A stretch of 63,589 nt of DNA, the filler included, from Kipferlia bialata (taxonomy: Eukaryota), in assembly GCA_003568945.1 (NCBI GenBank). It is 4 parts of 4 records of this genome, joined end to end, with 100 filler letters (N's around TTAATTAATTAA, not from the genome) between each part and the next. Parts side by side here need not be neighbours in the genome. Positions count along the whole stretch, not along the records: positions 1 to 20,448 come from BDIP01000373.1; 3 more parts are not named here. One strand, given 5' to 3'. The notes below the pieces were generated by a model. That model did no database searches. It was given only the letters and a program-made list of their open reading frames with translations, and had not been told where the DNA came from. Below are positions 1-12,969 of this stretch, piece after piece. A program made the position numbers and the translations under genes. Numbering within the stretch: position 1 is the stretch's first letter; every line of letters begins with the position of its first letter.

Positions 1-65
1 CTTTTTTTTTCTCTCCCCCCCCCCCCCCCCCCCCCCCCCACCCCCCATTTCTTTCTGACCCTCAG

Positions 66-504
66 GTGTTACCTGCAATGAGTCTGGTGACCTTGTCCAC
101 CTTGACATGTCCTCCTTTGGATTGGAGGGCCAGCTCCCATGGCAGATAGCATGCCTCGGGAACCTGAAGGTAGGGGCATTGTAGTGCGGCACTTTCTCGC
201 ATCTCTCTCTCTCTTCTCTCAATCCCAGACCCTGACCCTGGATGACAACACCCTGTCTGCCCCATTCAGTCCTGACCTGTGCCAGATGGAGGAGCTCAGG
301 GTATGTTGGTATATATCCATATATATATAAGAAGGATATTCACGATATGTATGGTATGTGTCTAATAGTGGAGCTCAGGTATGGGTATCTCTCTCTCTCT
401 ATTTCTCTCTCTTGAAAGTACGATGATATATATATACAGAGCTGCCAGGTCTTCCATGTGTATGGGTTGTCTCTCCCCATCCCTCCCACTCCCAGGCCAT
501 CCGC

Positions 505-535
<31 letters not shown>

Positions 536-1398
536 CCTCCCCATCCCCCCCCACCCCCAGGCCATCCACATGTCCAGGGCCGGTGTCCAGGGTGCTCTCC
601 CCTCCTGCATATGCTACATGGACATGCTCAGGGTATGGAGAGGGTGTCTATACTGTATGTATATACATACTATATATGAGTATATACTTTGTGCTACATG
701 GACATGCTCAGGGTATGAGGGAGTATATATTCTCAGTGGTACATATATATCTGGATATATACAGCCGGGTACTACTACTACCTCTTCTCTCTGACCCCTC
801 AGTTCTTGCATGCCTCTGACAACAACCTGGTGGGGCCCATCCCACAGTGCGTGGAGGACATGACATACCTCAGGTACAGGGTATATATATATGTGTGTGT
901 GTATATGTGAGTCATTTTCTCTATGTCTCTAAAACCCCAGGGAGCTGCACCTGGATGGCAACGACCTAGAGGGTGAGGTGCCTGCTCGCATTGTGGAGAG
1001 TGACTGGCTCGATGAGTTCAAGGTTGGCATATATAATACTTTTAATAGTATATATATTACTAGGATATCTTAAGCCGCAATAACCCAATCTCTCACCCCA
1101 GGTGCATGACAACCCCAAGCTGGGCTGCACTGAGCTGGATGGTGTGTATGACTTTGTGTACACATGTGGGTCTGAGGCAGAGGGTGAGGCTGAGGGTGAG
1201 GCTGAGACCCACTCCGGCACAGTGGAGGCAGAGGTGGGGGGTGCTGACACAGCCAGCATCCTGGTAGATGATACTCAGCATGGGGCAGAGACTGAGGCAG
1301 AGACTGACAGCACAGGGATAGAGTTTGAGGTGCTGGAGGATGAGGCTGAGGTTGACTGGGAGCATCTCGAGGTGGCTGCCAACCTAGAGGACCTCTAA
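66..1398 (+). CDS. Plant-type (24-aa) leucine-rich repeat protein, 5'-partial, multi-exon, acidic C-terminal tail
   Basis: Exons 66-169, 229-300, 561-632, 803-873, 941-1022 and 1102-1398 splice in frame to GVTCNESGDLVHLDMSSFGLEGQLPWQIACLGNLK/TLTLDDNTLSAPFSPDLCQMEELR/AIHMSRAGVQGALPSCICYMDMLR/FLHASDNNLVGPIPQCVEDMTYLR/ELHLDGNDLEGEVP...VHDNPKLGC. This fits LxxLxLxxNxLxGxIP with GVTC and NPxLxC cap motifs. Confidence 0.85.
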
Positions 1399-1612
1399 GT
1401 AATTGATAGAAATAGATATGACAAGCACAGCAGTACACAGCAGTATATCTAGTAGTTTCTAGTGGTAAGAATCAATATGCGAGCCGGTCACAGCGGGACA
1501 ACGTGTCACAATCGAAACCCGGTCCGAGCCGAAGGGTTGAGTGTCAATGATCTGGGAAGACAAATTCAAGTGTCCTTTCTAGAGCCTCCTTGGACTGCCA
1601 GTCCTGCTCTCA

Positions 1613-4600
1613 ATGTCTCGTCTTCTGTCAGGTTAGTGCACTTAGCTTGGAATCTAGCACCGTTTCGTCTTATACTGAGTGTATAGCGTGCTATGTGCAT
1701 TCTTTTGCTTTCCTCATCGTATTTCGTCCTTCTTACGCTCAGAGAAGAGGGCTCAGCGGGAGAGGGAGGAGTATTTCGCCCTCAAGGAGCATGTGATGCT
1801 TCTAGAGAAGCAGGTGAAGAAGATGGACAGCACTATCAGGGACCTGAAGCGTGCCAAGCAGGACAGCTCTCTGTACGATGCACTCTCTGCCAAGTGTGAG
1901 TACTTGGAGCAGCACGTGTCTGGGCTGCGCACTAGCAACTCTAGGTGTGTCATTTGGCTGTCTGCTTCGGTACTGGGTGCATGGGATCATTCTGTGGCGA
2001 CGGGACCATCTCTGACTGAGTCTATCGATTATTGTGCCCTCCTCTCTCTCTGTTTACACCAGGCTGGTTGAGCGGCTAGGGGACAGTCTTGCCGAGCAGA
2101 GGCGTGGAGAGAGGGCGAATGAAATGCGCAAGTCTCAGGTGTGTACCGGTAGTATGTAGTGTTGGATTGACTATGCTTATGTATTGCTTTGTGTGTGTTG
2201 TGAGTATCTCTACTCCTCTCCCCTCGTCTCCCCCCAGATGATCAGCGAGCGTGATGCCCTGATCTCCGAGCTGAGGAGTCTGAGGGCCCAGGAGAGACAG
2301 GCCTCCCTCAGCCAGACATCCACCCCCGCACACTCTCCCATGGGTGTAGAGGCAGAGGCAGAGGGGGAGGTAGGGAGCCCAGCTCCCCCCACAGTGTGTG
2401 TGAAGGTGTCCCTGGTATCTGAGACTGAGGAGGCAGAGGCTGCAGAGGGAGAGGTGGATGTGCACAGAGAGACTGAGACTGAGAGTGCCCCTGTGGTCCC
2501 TGGCTCTCCCTCCCCCCAGTGTCCTGCTGTGTGTGCTCCCCTCACACCCTCCCGCACTCCCCTGCGCACCAAGCCCCCCCTCTCCCCTGCCCAGCGTCAG
2601 ATTGACCGTGAGGCAGAGAGGGTGGGTCCCGCTGACATCCAGAGGGAGAGAGAGGCAGCACTCGATAGAGAGGTGGCCAGGGCCTCTGCCGCGGCATGTG
2701 TCAGAGAACAGGAGCAGGAGCGACAGATGATGTATGCCGCTCTAGCCCGCATGACCAACCCTGTTGCCGTGGTGCCCCCCTCCCCCTACACAGCCACCCC
2801 CAAGACCATCAAGGAGGAGGTGGAGGATGGGAGGGTGGGAGAGAGTGACACCTCAGGGGACCTGGTGGTGGGTGACCTTGCAGAGTTCACCACTGAGCCA
2901 GAGACAGAGGTAGAGGGAGAGAGGGAGAGAGAGGATGAGTGTGATGCCCTGCCTGGTATGTCAAATGAGAGTGGCATGTGTGAGGGTGAGGGAGAGGGAG
3001 AGGGTGTGGATAGCATGAGCCCTGATGTCTCTCTCTCCATCGAGGGTGTCAACTCGAGTGCAGATTCCAACTCCTCGGGGATGCTGTTCCCGGTTGGCTC
3101 CCACCTCACCCTCTCCACAGCCTCTGAGCACAACAGAGTGCTCTCCATCTGCAGGGGGGACAGTGGGGACTCAGGCAAGGGGGACTATACCAGTGAGGCT
3201 ACAAGGTCCAGGCTGGGTGCCACAGACAGTGCCCCCATGCTGTCAGCAGATGGGTCCACAGACCTATCCGACTCTGAGGGCACGGACAGTGAGGCAGAGA
3301 GGGAGAGAGAGGGGTCAGACTACGAGGGAGTGGGGGAGGATGCCCCTGCCCATGTCACCCCTGCTGACACCCATGCACCACTTGGGTATGGCGATGAGTA
3401 CCTGGCCCGGTCTGACACAGTGCTGGCACTCATCCCCAAGCAGGTGGAGGCAGAGGCAGAGGCAGAGGCTGTTGTGGCCTCCCCCGAGGTGCCCTCTGTC
3501 ACCAGGCTGTCCATCTGTGAGGGTGTGGGAGGGAGCACAGACTCTCTCTCCTCCTCCTCCTCCTCCTCCTCCAACACATTCACGCCTGATACCTCCCCTG
3601 ACACCTCCACCGACTCTTCTTCTGAGTGTGCTGCTGATGAGGCTGAGTGGAATGCATCCCGTGGGTGTGGGGTGTCTGACCAGGCCCGCATGTCCACCTC
3701 TGACCTAGAGACAGAGAGCACTGACATCCCACCCCCTCCCGCTGACACTGACATCATCGACACATCCGGCATGTCCCCCACAGAGTGTGTGCTGTCTACA
3801 GTGCACCACGCGGCAGTCACCAGACGCGCTGCCTCCCGCATCTCTCTCTCCCTGTCACAGCTGGAGGCCATGGAGGGGCATGACGACACACAGACACAGG
3901 GGGAGGGAGAGAGAGAGGAGGAGAGCCCCCTCAGGTGTGCGGAGGCAGAGGCCAGAGCATTGGAGCATGACCACTCACCCTTCGAGACCCCTACAGAAGG
4001 AGAGGGGGGAGAGAGAGAGGTCGGGCAGGCAGAGACTGAGGCAGAGACTGACGCTGCTCTATCTACCCCTGTCCACCTCCCTGGCTGGGTCCTGTCGGAG
4101 CTGGCCTCTAGGGATGCGGCCCTGGCCAAGCTACACCTGGAGCTGGCTGAGTCACGCTCGGCACTACTTGCAAGGTATACACATATTCATATATATATAT
4201 ATACATATTTGTTAAGGGTCTGTATATGTCCTCCCCCTTCCTCTACCCCCCTAATACCCAGGCTAGCCTATGGGGATGCCAGGTGCTCTGACCTCAATGA
4301 CAGACTGAGGAGGCAGAGGAAGAAGGCGCTGTCCGGCCTGCTGACCAGGAGCACCACCAACCTGGCCCTCTCTGCTGTCAACCCTACCACTGCTGACTCA
4401 CCCCTGCCATCCCCAGAGGGAGAGGCAGAGGGAGAGGGAGAGGGGTTCCCCTCAGAGGAGGTTGCTGCCGCAGAGCAGGACTGCCAGAGGGAGAGAGAGC
4501 GTGCCGACCACCTGGATGCTGAGAACACGAGGCTGCGTGCCATAGTGAAGGAGGAGAGGGGGGAGAGGGCCCGTACCGTGTCCTTCCTGCAGAACTACCT

Positions 4601-5264
4601 GTCCTCAGTCTCTGGGATGGGGACGGGTCTGGCAGACACACTCTCTAAGGTATGTATACATATATACCACACATTCATCTAGCTTGACATGTGTCACTGC
4701 TCCCATCTAACCCCAGGCCCTAGCTGTGACCCCCCAGGAGTATGCCACTGCCGCCACAGGCACCTGGGAGGAGGATGCTAGGGACGCCCAGAGAGAGGGC
4801 ACCCGCCCTGATGTGATGGCGTGTCTGACTGCCTATGCCGCGAAGATAGATGAGGAGAGAGAGAGGCTGGCCGAACTGGCTAAGGAGGGTGAGAGGGCCA
4901 GGGATGCCGAGGTGAGAGACCTAGTGGCAGAGCACCGTGTGCAGAGAGAGGCCTGGGAGGCAGAGGCTGTAGAGTGGGCCAACAGACTAAGCACACAGGA
5001 GGGCATCAACGCACAGCAGGCAGAGGCCGCAGCACAGGCCGCAGCTGAGGCAGCTGCCGTGAGTGCCGACCAGCAGGCTGTGATGGAGGCACAGAGGGAG
5101 GAGAATGCGGCACTGACGAAGCAGGTGGAGAGACTGAAGCAGAGGCTGGCCAGCACTGAGGTGTTTGGACACGGGGGTGCCTCTATGAAGGCGGTGCAGG
5201 GAAGGCATGCGTCGGATAGGTACCAGGCACAGCGGAGGAAGGAGGCTAACAAGGACAGGTGGGG

Positions 5265-5304
<40 letters not shown>

Positions 5305-5544
5305 CCCAGGGTGACCACCTCAGCCGCTGTGGCCAAGCGGGATGCCAGGATCAAGGACCTCAGTGCCGAGGTCAGGATGTACAAGCGCAAGCTGCAGCAG
5401 ATGAGTGCCGCCCAGCCATCCCCCAGGCAGTCTCTCTCTGCCTCAGGCAGGCTCTCCTCCCCCATGGCCTCTAGACAGACAGGGCCCAGGGTGGGACACG
5501 CAGCGTCACCCAGAGCAATGGCGTCTAGGACAAGGAAGATGTGA
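1613..5544 (+). CDS. Large acidic, low-complexity/coiled-coil hypothetical protein (multi-exon; start approximate)
   Basis: Long ORFs 2184-4682 and 4726-5544 plus upstream coiled-coil exons (EEYFALKEHVMLLEKQVKKMDSTIRDLKRAKQ); GT..ccccAG introns; stop at 5544. Confidence 0.7.
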
Positions 5545-5717
5545 GGGAGAGGACTATCCCCTTTCTGATTCCTGTATGTATTTGTATTATTTGTTTTATG
5601 GTCTTTTATGTACATACACGGCGTAGTCGTGTGTGATTTGTAGAGTAGGAATAGCAGAGAATGGATTTACGTTGAGTGTCTTTGTGTTGTATCTTGGCAG
5701 TACTCAGTGACTGGGAA

Positions 5718-6344
5718 TTAGATGTGCTTGTGCACGTCCACCATGTGCTGATACACTGGCTGAGGGGTGGTACCCACGAACCCACACACCCAGCACCAGT
5801 GCTTGCCACACACACACGATATGCGGTTGCACCCGCTGATCTTCTCCACGGCCACCCCACAGCATGGACACGTCTTGCGGATGGGACTCAGCACTGAGAA
5901 GCTGTTGATGCCCCTGTTCATATCCATGACCTGTCTGGCCTGGGTCACAACAAGGGTGTCCAGGGTGATACCAACAGCCCCACATGCAGCCTCAAAGGAT
6001 GTCTCTAGGTTGGCCACACAACCAACGGGTACTGTGATGGTGGTGTTGTGGCGTGTAGCTTCGGGAATATCGTCACTGTCCCTGCCTCTTATCAACTCCA
6101 GGGTGATTGGCTTATGAGGCAGGTCCAGGGATCCAGTGGCGAACACAAGCAACAACCGTAGTGGCTTGTACTTATTGTCCAGGATCTGTCCCTCGACATA
6201 TGCAGTGAACGCGTCCTTGAGAGAGGGACTGGACACTGAGAACACAGAGAGGTACTCGGCAGCAGTGAAGGGGGGACGCTCAGCGGCACGTCTCTGACAC
6301 TCAGCGACAGGGCCACGCTGACGACGGACAAATATGCATCGCAT
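5718..6344 (-). CDS. E3-ligase-like protein: HECT C-lobe-like domain plus C-terminal RBR RING2/Rcat zinc domain (5' extent uncertain)
   Basis: LRLLLVFATGSLDLP...DDIPEATRHNTTITVP resembles the HECT C-lobe. KTCPCCGVAVEKISGCNRISCVCGKHWCWVCG...YQHMVDVH matches the Ariadne/RNF14-type Rcat pattern CPxCxxxxEKxxGCNxxxCxCGxxFCWxC. Confidence 0.7.
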   Translation of the reverse strand: MRCIFVRRQRGPVAECQRRAAERPPFTAAEYLSVFSVSSPSLKDAFTAYVEGQILDNKYKPLRLLLVFATGSLDLPHKPITLELIRGRDSDDIPEATRHNTTITVPVGCVANLETSFEAACGAVGITLDTLVVTQARQVMDMNRGINSFSVLSPIRKTCPCCGVAVEKISGCNRISCVCGKHWCWVCGFVGTTPQPVYQHMVDVHKHI

Positions 6345-7519
6345 GGTGGTGCGACCACCTTTCTATACTTAGACTTCCACTATATAGAGAGACGGTGACC
6401 ATATCCTCACAGGAATATGTGATACACAGTTGTCGTGTAGAAGTGAGGGTATCTTCTTGCAAGTCATAGTTTGAGGGATACACAGTATATCCGATATACA
6501 TGACTTGGGATTGTTATTAATCACACTGATACCTTCGTTTGTTGACACAATCAGTCTCATAGACGTAACACCCGAGGCGTGACATCGATAAGTGGAATGA
6601 AGGGCGCTCCATATGTGATATATACTTGGAGTGTCAGTACGCAACTGTAACTCTACAGTGTAGAGTCTACACTTTACACTTTACTTACAGCATGATATGT
6701 GGTTCCAACGTGCAAGTGCACCGTATACCAAAACTCCTTCACTGTTCATCTCATCCTCGTCACAGTATACCCTGTCCTCTGCTTTCACTAAAGTGAACAA
6801 CACTTCAAGGAGCGGCTAGAACACGCCCCTCTCTTCTTTTGCTGAGCCTCCAGCGCACTTGGTAGTCCTCTACCACTGTGCACTCAATACCTGCAACCAG
6901 AGAGGGCGGGTGATTTGCCCCTGGGGCCCTTGGCCCCTCCACTCTCTCTCCCCTCCACAGGGGGTGGGAGTGGGGGGGTTCTCTGTGTCTGTGTGTTTCG
7001 GTGTCCATCGGGCAAAGCGCCGAGACCTCTCTGGGGGTCGAGCCGCCAAGCATGTCTGGAGGCTGAGATGAAGATGAAGTAGAAAATGAACAAGAACGCG
7101 AAAGCAACCACCGATTTGGACTCGATACCGACAGTCACCAACAGGCACTTGGCACACACCACACACACACACGGGGGGCATTGTTTATTGAAGGGCCTTG
7201 GATACCAGACGACACTGGAGATGGGTGCAATATACTGTGGTGGACTGTTAATCACTCGTGAGGAGTGCCAGAAGGAGAGCAATACCATATGCATATGCCA
7301 GACATGACACAGCTGAATAGATGAGACCCACTTCATACATAACGATGACACTGTCATACTTGTCAATTACTATTCTATTGAGTGAACTCAGACTATGTGG
7401 AAGATGTGAGGTACACCCCACCATCTTGCAACATCACCTATCCTTCCGTTCCTACTTGACCACCAGGTTCTACTAGGCACACCGTCCCAGGCTCTAGATC
7501 TACGATCTAGATCTACGAT

Positions 7520-10500
7520 CTACACCTGGTCCGACTCGTCTGATGCCTCCACGGCCAGGGGTACAAACCCACCCCTACCGTCGATGTTGCTGGACTTGGC
7601 GGCCTGGCCTGCCTCTACCTCTGTGTCTCCCTCTCCGTTACGGACAGGGGTGACCAATACACCGTCCAGGAAGAGGTTGAGGTCCAGGGCGGAGTGGCAT
7701 ATGTACCCAATGACGACACCCAGGGCGGCACCCACCATGCAGTCGAAGGGGAACTCGGCTGCAAAGTAGACCCTGGTCACACAGTAGAGGCAGGAGTAGG
7801 CGGTGGCGGCATACTGCAGAAGGACGGGGATGGTGGAGGTGAAGAGAGAGGGGGCCAGCAGGGCGAAGATCAGGGCACAGTCCAGAGAGGGGTAGGAGTG
7901 GCCGGTGTTCAGAAGCTCATCTGATGTCAGATGCACACAAATATATACAATATAGGTCATGTGAGTATTCACCGTATAGTACCTGGATACTCGAGGAGGT
8001 CTGGGTATATGCCGAGCTCCTCGGACAGGGGCCTAGGCCTGGCAACGGCTGATCTGGCAGCACTGGCTACTAGGAAGGTGAACACATAGGCACAGAGAGA
8101 GGCAGGGTAAGCACGGCAGATGGTGTTGGAAGTCTAGATGTCAGGGCATGTACATAACACACATATAGAATATGTATAGAAGTGTACGCACCCCGACGTG
8201 TCTCATTGAGAATGAGTAGCTGCACACGAGCATGACCCCTGCGAACATGAGGCCATCCACCAGCCACGACTTGGCCAGGTCGTCATGGGAGAAGACAGTG
8301 CCACCCACACCAAGCAGGACAGCACCAACTGAAGGGGTGAGTGACACACATAGTAGAGTAGGTATATCTATATAGATGTATCAATCATCAAGAATATAAC
8401 TCTATGTGCCAGCCCTAGCAAGACAGCGCCAACTGGGGGGTGGGGGGGGAGAGTGTGTGTGTATACACATGTATGTGTACAGGTGTTAGTACCTAGTGCC
8501 GCAATTGTGTACCCCTGGCTGATCTGTGACCTCAGGACATCGCGTCTGAACTGGTCGCACTAGGGTGGGAAGGTTTCATTTAGTATACATATATAGGGTC
8601 TACATAATACTGGGTGAGGGGATACTAAGAAGTCAAGTAAGTAGTAATACGACACTAACACTCATACATACCCATTCATAGTCTGATCATGCTCCCATAC
8701 CTTTGATGTGAATACGTGCAGCACCGACCACACGGAGTAGGCGACGAGGTAGATGACCTGAGGGTAGGGATAGGGTGTGGAGAGCATATGCACATATAGA
8801 TATATTAGTATACACATATACCCCCACCTGGCTGAAGTCTGTGACAGCGAGCATTGTCTCGTCTAGCACATGTCTGTAGTGGCTGGGGTTGACCAGCATG
8901 AGGAGCCTCACGTCCCACCCCTCCTCTGAGTTGTTGGTGAACATGGAGGCGGCATAGACTGGGAACCAGAGCAGCAGGGACAGGAAGGCACACCAGCCTG
9001 GGGGTGGGAAGGGGGAGGGAACACCATACACACACACTGTAGACTATAGCCAATGCATACACACCTACACTCTTTGCCACGCCCATCCAGCCCTCCCAGC
9101 TGCCGAAGAGGGGGGTGTCAGGGGCGGCATAGGGGGAGTAGACCAGGGGCACGGGGGAGAACTTGGTGGATGCGCCTGTCCCTGTGTCACTCCTGGACTG
9201 TGTGTCTGCACTGCCCTGTATGACTAGGACGACAAAGGTGGGGAAGGACACCATGCGGTCTGGGGTGGGGGGGGGGCACACCTACTATATAGTGTATGGG
9301 GGGGGGGGTATAGTGATGAGATGAGGGATATGTGGTACATACACACCTAGGTCTATACATGGCCACAGGTACTTGTCGGCAGTGGCTATGCCGCTATCGG
9401 CATCCCCACCCACACCTGGGGGTAAGGGGAGGTGGAGACACTGTGTATAGGCTTAGTAACATACAGAACGTATATATATGTCCCTCTAACACACATTGGG
9501 TGATACATGAACATACACACTACAATGACTCTCTCAGTAAATGACGGTGTCTACCTGTGTAGATGTACCTAACACACTACGGACAGTGTACATATATATG
9601 GTATGTAATATCTATAGCTCACTCTGTATATATACACCACATCACACCTAGCATTGCGTGCATGGGCAGGGCACAGTCACCCACAACCTTCACAATAATA
9701 ATGTCTGTATACGTACCATCTGGCTATATACAGATATATCCATATATCCATCTATATACATAACCCACCTAGCATTGCGTGCATGGGCAGGGCACAGTCA
9801 TGGGGCACATGGGCAGGGAGGTGGAAGGACTCATACAGAGACATCCTGGGGGTGGGGGCATGGGGATACAGTATACACAGGATATATGCATAGTGCCAAT
9901 ACCCTGTACCTGGTCTCTGGGTACTCATCGTTCCACTCCACCCCCAGCCTGACACTCTGGTCATAGTCCAGACACAGGGTGCTATCAGTCCCAGTCACAA
10001 GGGAGTCCATGCCAACGGGGGCAACGATCTAGGGGTGAGGGAGAGGGAGAGAGAGATACTAGGGAGTCCATGCCAACAGAGGCAACAATCTAGGGGTGAG
10101 GGGGGAGAGTGGGAGACGACAGGACCACAATACAGATGTAAGGGAGGTGGAGAGGGTTGTGTATCAAACAATATATGAGAGACCCTACCTCATACACGGA
10201 CTTGTCGTTGAGGGGCAGAGGGGTGGGAGGGGTTGCTGTCACCTGTATCTCCTGGGCAAGGGATGACGTACCCTCCTCCCTGGAGTGAGTGTGTATCATA
10301 CTTACACATACATAGTGATGATACTCCTGATACCTAGACTCTGGGGGGTTGGCATGGACCAGCTGGGTACTGATGACACGCCTCAGGGCAGACTCCTCAT
10401 ATCCGGCTGGACTGCCATGGATCTGGGGGTAGGGAAGGGGTGGCTGACATCACTAGAGAGTCACTGTATTCGCTACTCGTCACAACTAGACAATAAGAAA

Positions 10501-10850
10501 CAGAGGAGACATACTACTATGGCACTTGCAGGAAGTGTTCTGGGACAGCGCTGCATATAATAGTTGACTTATCATAGGCAGAGGAGCTTCCCACATCCCC
10601 TTGACTATTGAAGAGAGAGACGAACGTACTTCAATCAGGACGCAATGCGTATCCGGGTGGCTGGAGCAGAACACAGCCGTGTCCACAGGCACAACCTCAA
10701 GCATTGCGTTATACTCAGTCAATGGGTCTTGGTGTCTGAGTGACTTACTGCAAGATGCACTCTTGAAGACGGCTGGGTCTCGGTGTCAATCAAGACACTG
10801 TCATATTTTTGCACCCCTTCTTTCAAAAACCACAACAAGACGCTAGACCC
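7520..10850 (-). CDS. Multi-pass membrane PAP2-superfamily protein (catalytic His residues replaced); multi-exon, 5' end uncertain and possibly two genes
   Basis: Motif 1 R-SAVARP-RP (~8030-8060), motif 2 SYPSLD and motif 3 TRVYFAAEFPFD (7735-7900); several hydrophobic TM exons at 8195-9260. Confidence 0.7.
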
Positions 10851-10952
10851 TTTGGGAGTTGACCTGATATCCTCAGCAAAACGAGCTGTCCTCTATAAAA
10901 CTACCCCTGTCCCATCACCCACACTTACCCTATTCCACCCACATTGTCCAAG

Positions 10953-12969
10953 ATGACGCCTCTGGTGAGTGAGTTATTCTTGCTTGGGTTATGTCTCTTG
11001 TGGGTGGAACTGGTGAACGAGTGATATTCTGCGAGACATAGGCTATATTTGTCACTGCACGTCATTCATATTTTCATTGCGCTCTCCGTTAGTACTCCCA
11101 CTAAGCGTACTGTTGTAGTACCTGAATAAGTATCGCCCATGCGTGGTGACATTTCCCCCCCCTCCCCCCCCCTCCCCACCCACCTTCACACCCAGTACTC
11201 CCTACTCTCTTGCTCTCTACATTCCCCTCACTGCAGCTGGGTGTCCAGAAGGACATGGCCAACATTGCGGCACTGCATGTGTTCAAGCACTTTGACTGCA
11301 ACCTCAGGAGCAGGGAGGAGCTGGTCATCAGGTGCGGCCCATGCAATATTATATATATATACGAATTTATATCTACTATCTAGAGTGGGTAGTGACCTAT
11401 CCCCTTTTATCTGTCCCTCACCCCAGAATGACCCTGCCCCCAGGGGGTGTATTCAGCACAGGCAGCCTCACCACTGCACCAAACGGACTGCAGCCTGCCA
11501 GCCCCAGGGCTAGGTATGTATATGTACATATATGTATATATACACATATAATGTACAGTGTCAATATCTCTATTGCCCTTCTCTATTCTCCCCCTAACAC
11601 CAAGAGAGTCTGCCAGCCTCTGAGCATGCTATACATGTGTATATTGATCGATGGTGCAGTGTTTGTATCTGCTATTCTCTTCTCTTCTATCTTATGCTCT
11701 ACCCCTAGAGAGACTGCCCGGCCGAGAGCATTGTATAATCATTCATGTGCTTGTATATATATAATGTACAGTGTCATTACAATGTCTTTGCCCTTCTCTC
11801 CCCTCCTCTCACCCCCAGAGAGACTGCCCGGCCCAGCCACCCAGCCCATGAGGCCATATTCCTGTTGGGGGCATACTCAAAGTACAAGGTATATATCTCG
11901 TAGAGTATTATACATATATCAATAGTATACATATATATACATACTAATTGGGTGCATACTCAAAGTACAAGGTATAGCAGTTGTCTGTCGATATTATGGG
12001 TATGTGGCACCAACATATAGATACACATGTTATATAAGTACTCACAGTACAAGGTGTGGGTGTGAATTCTCTTTTATTCACTCTATTTGATGAGTACATG
12101 CCATTACTGTCCCTACCCTGTCCTCACCCCGAGAGCCTGGCTGTGTGGAGCCGGTCAGACCTGGCCAACATAGACCCCAACAGGTGGGTATATATGCACA
12201 CATACATATATATACCCATAGCAATAACCTGTCATACTCTGACTATCAATATAGACCCCAACAGGTGGGGGTGGTTGTTATACATCCTGAGTATACACAG
12301 TATGTGCTCATAACCAGTCACACTCTGATGATCATCCACTCTCTCTCATCCCCAGGGCCCTTGACCTCCCCACCACATCCCGCCCCCCCACCACTGTCAC
12401 TGCACACTCCACTGTATCCCTTGTGCTGTGTGACCTGGTGTCTGCACTGCACGGCAGTGAGGTACATACACAATACATGGTTTACTCATCAATACCCAAT
12501 CGAAACACTTTCCATAATGTCTTTGTTCAAGTTCTATACTCTCAATGTACATACCTAGGGATACTTGTTATTTTTACCCCCAGGTCCTTGGCATAGCCTG
12601 TCGATAAGTATATGTATCTATACAGTAAATGGAAATATACCATGCCTTCTCACCCTCCAGGTCTTTGGCCTAGCTGTTGATATGCCGAGGGTCAGGGCCC
12701 TGCCTAGGAGGGAGAGACAGCTGGCAGCTGGGGCTGCGGCACACTACATGACACGGCTACTGGCATCGGGGGACGACACTCTTACAGTCAGGTGCACTGG
12801 GACACGTTACTATCTATAGATACTACCTACTCTCTCCCTTGCCCACGATGCGGACTATGTCAGTACTTCACCCACACCCTGTCTCTGACCCCCCAGATGG
12901 CGCAGTGAGATGATTGAGGCAGTCAGAGACTTGACACAGGTCTATCTGCAGGCTGGCGGGGAGTACTAG
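10953..12969 (+). CDS. Hypothetical multi-exon protein (start uncertain)
   Basis: Chain of short GC-rich exons with GT/cccAG boundaries (LGVQKDMANIAALHVFKHFDCNLR..., VFGLAVDMPRVRALPRRERQLAAGAAAHYMTRLL, WRSEMIEAVRDLTQVYLQAGGEY*). Confidence 0.55.

Noticed and set aside
4175..4261. Stop-free, in-frame introns read through by the ORF track (YTHIHIYIYTY-type peptides)
   Set aside because: Ascertainment bias: only such introns leave ORFs unbroken; there is no evidence of intron retention.
7494..7523. Short tandem tagatctacgatc repeat next to the PAP2 stop codon
   Set aside because: Two 13-nt units only; most simply a slippage duplication, with no evidence of function.
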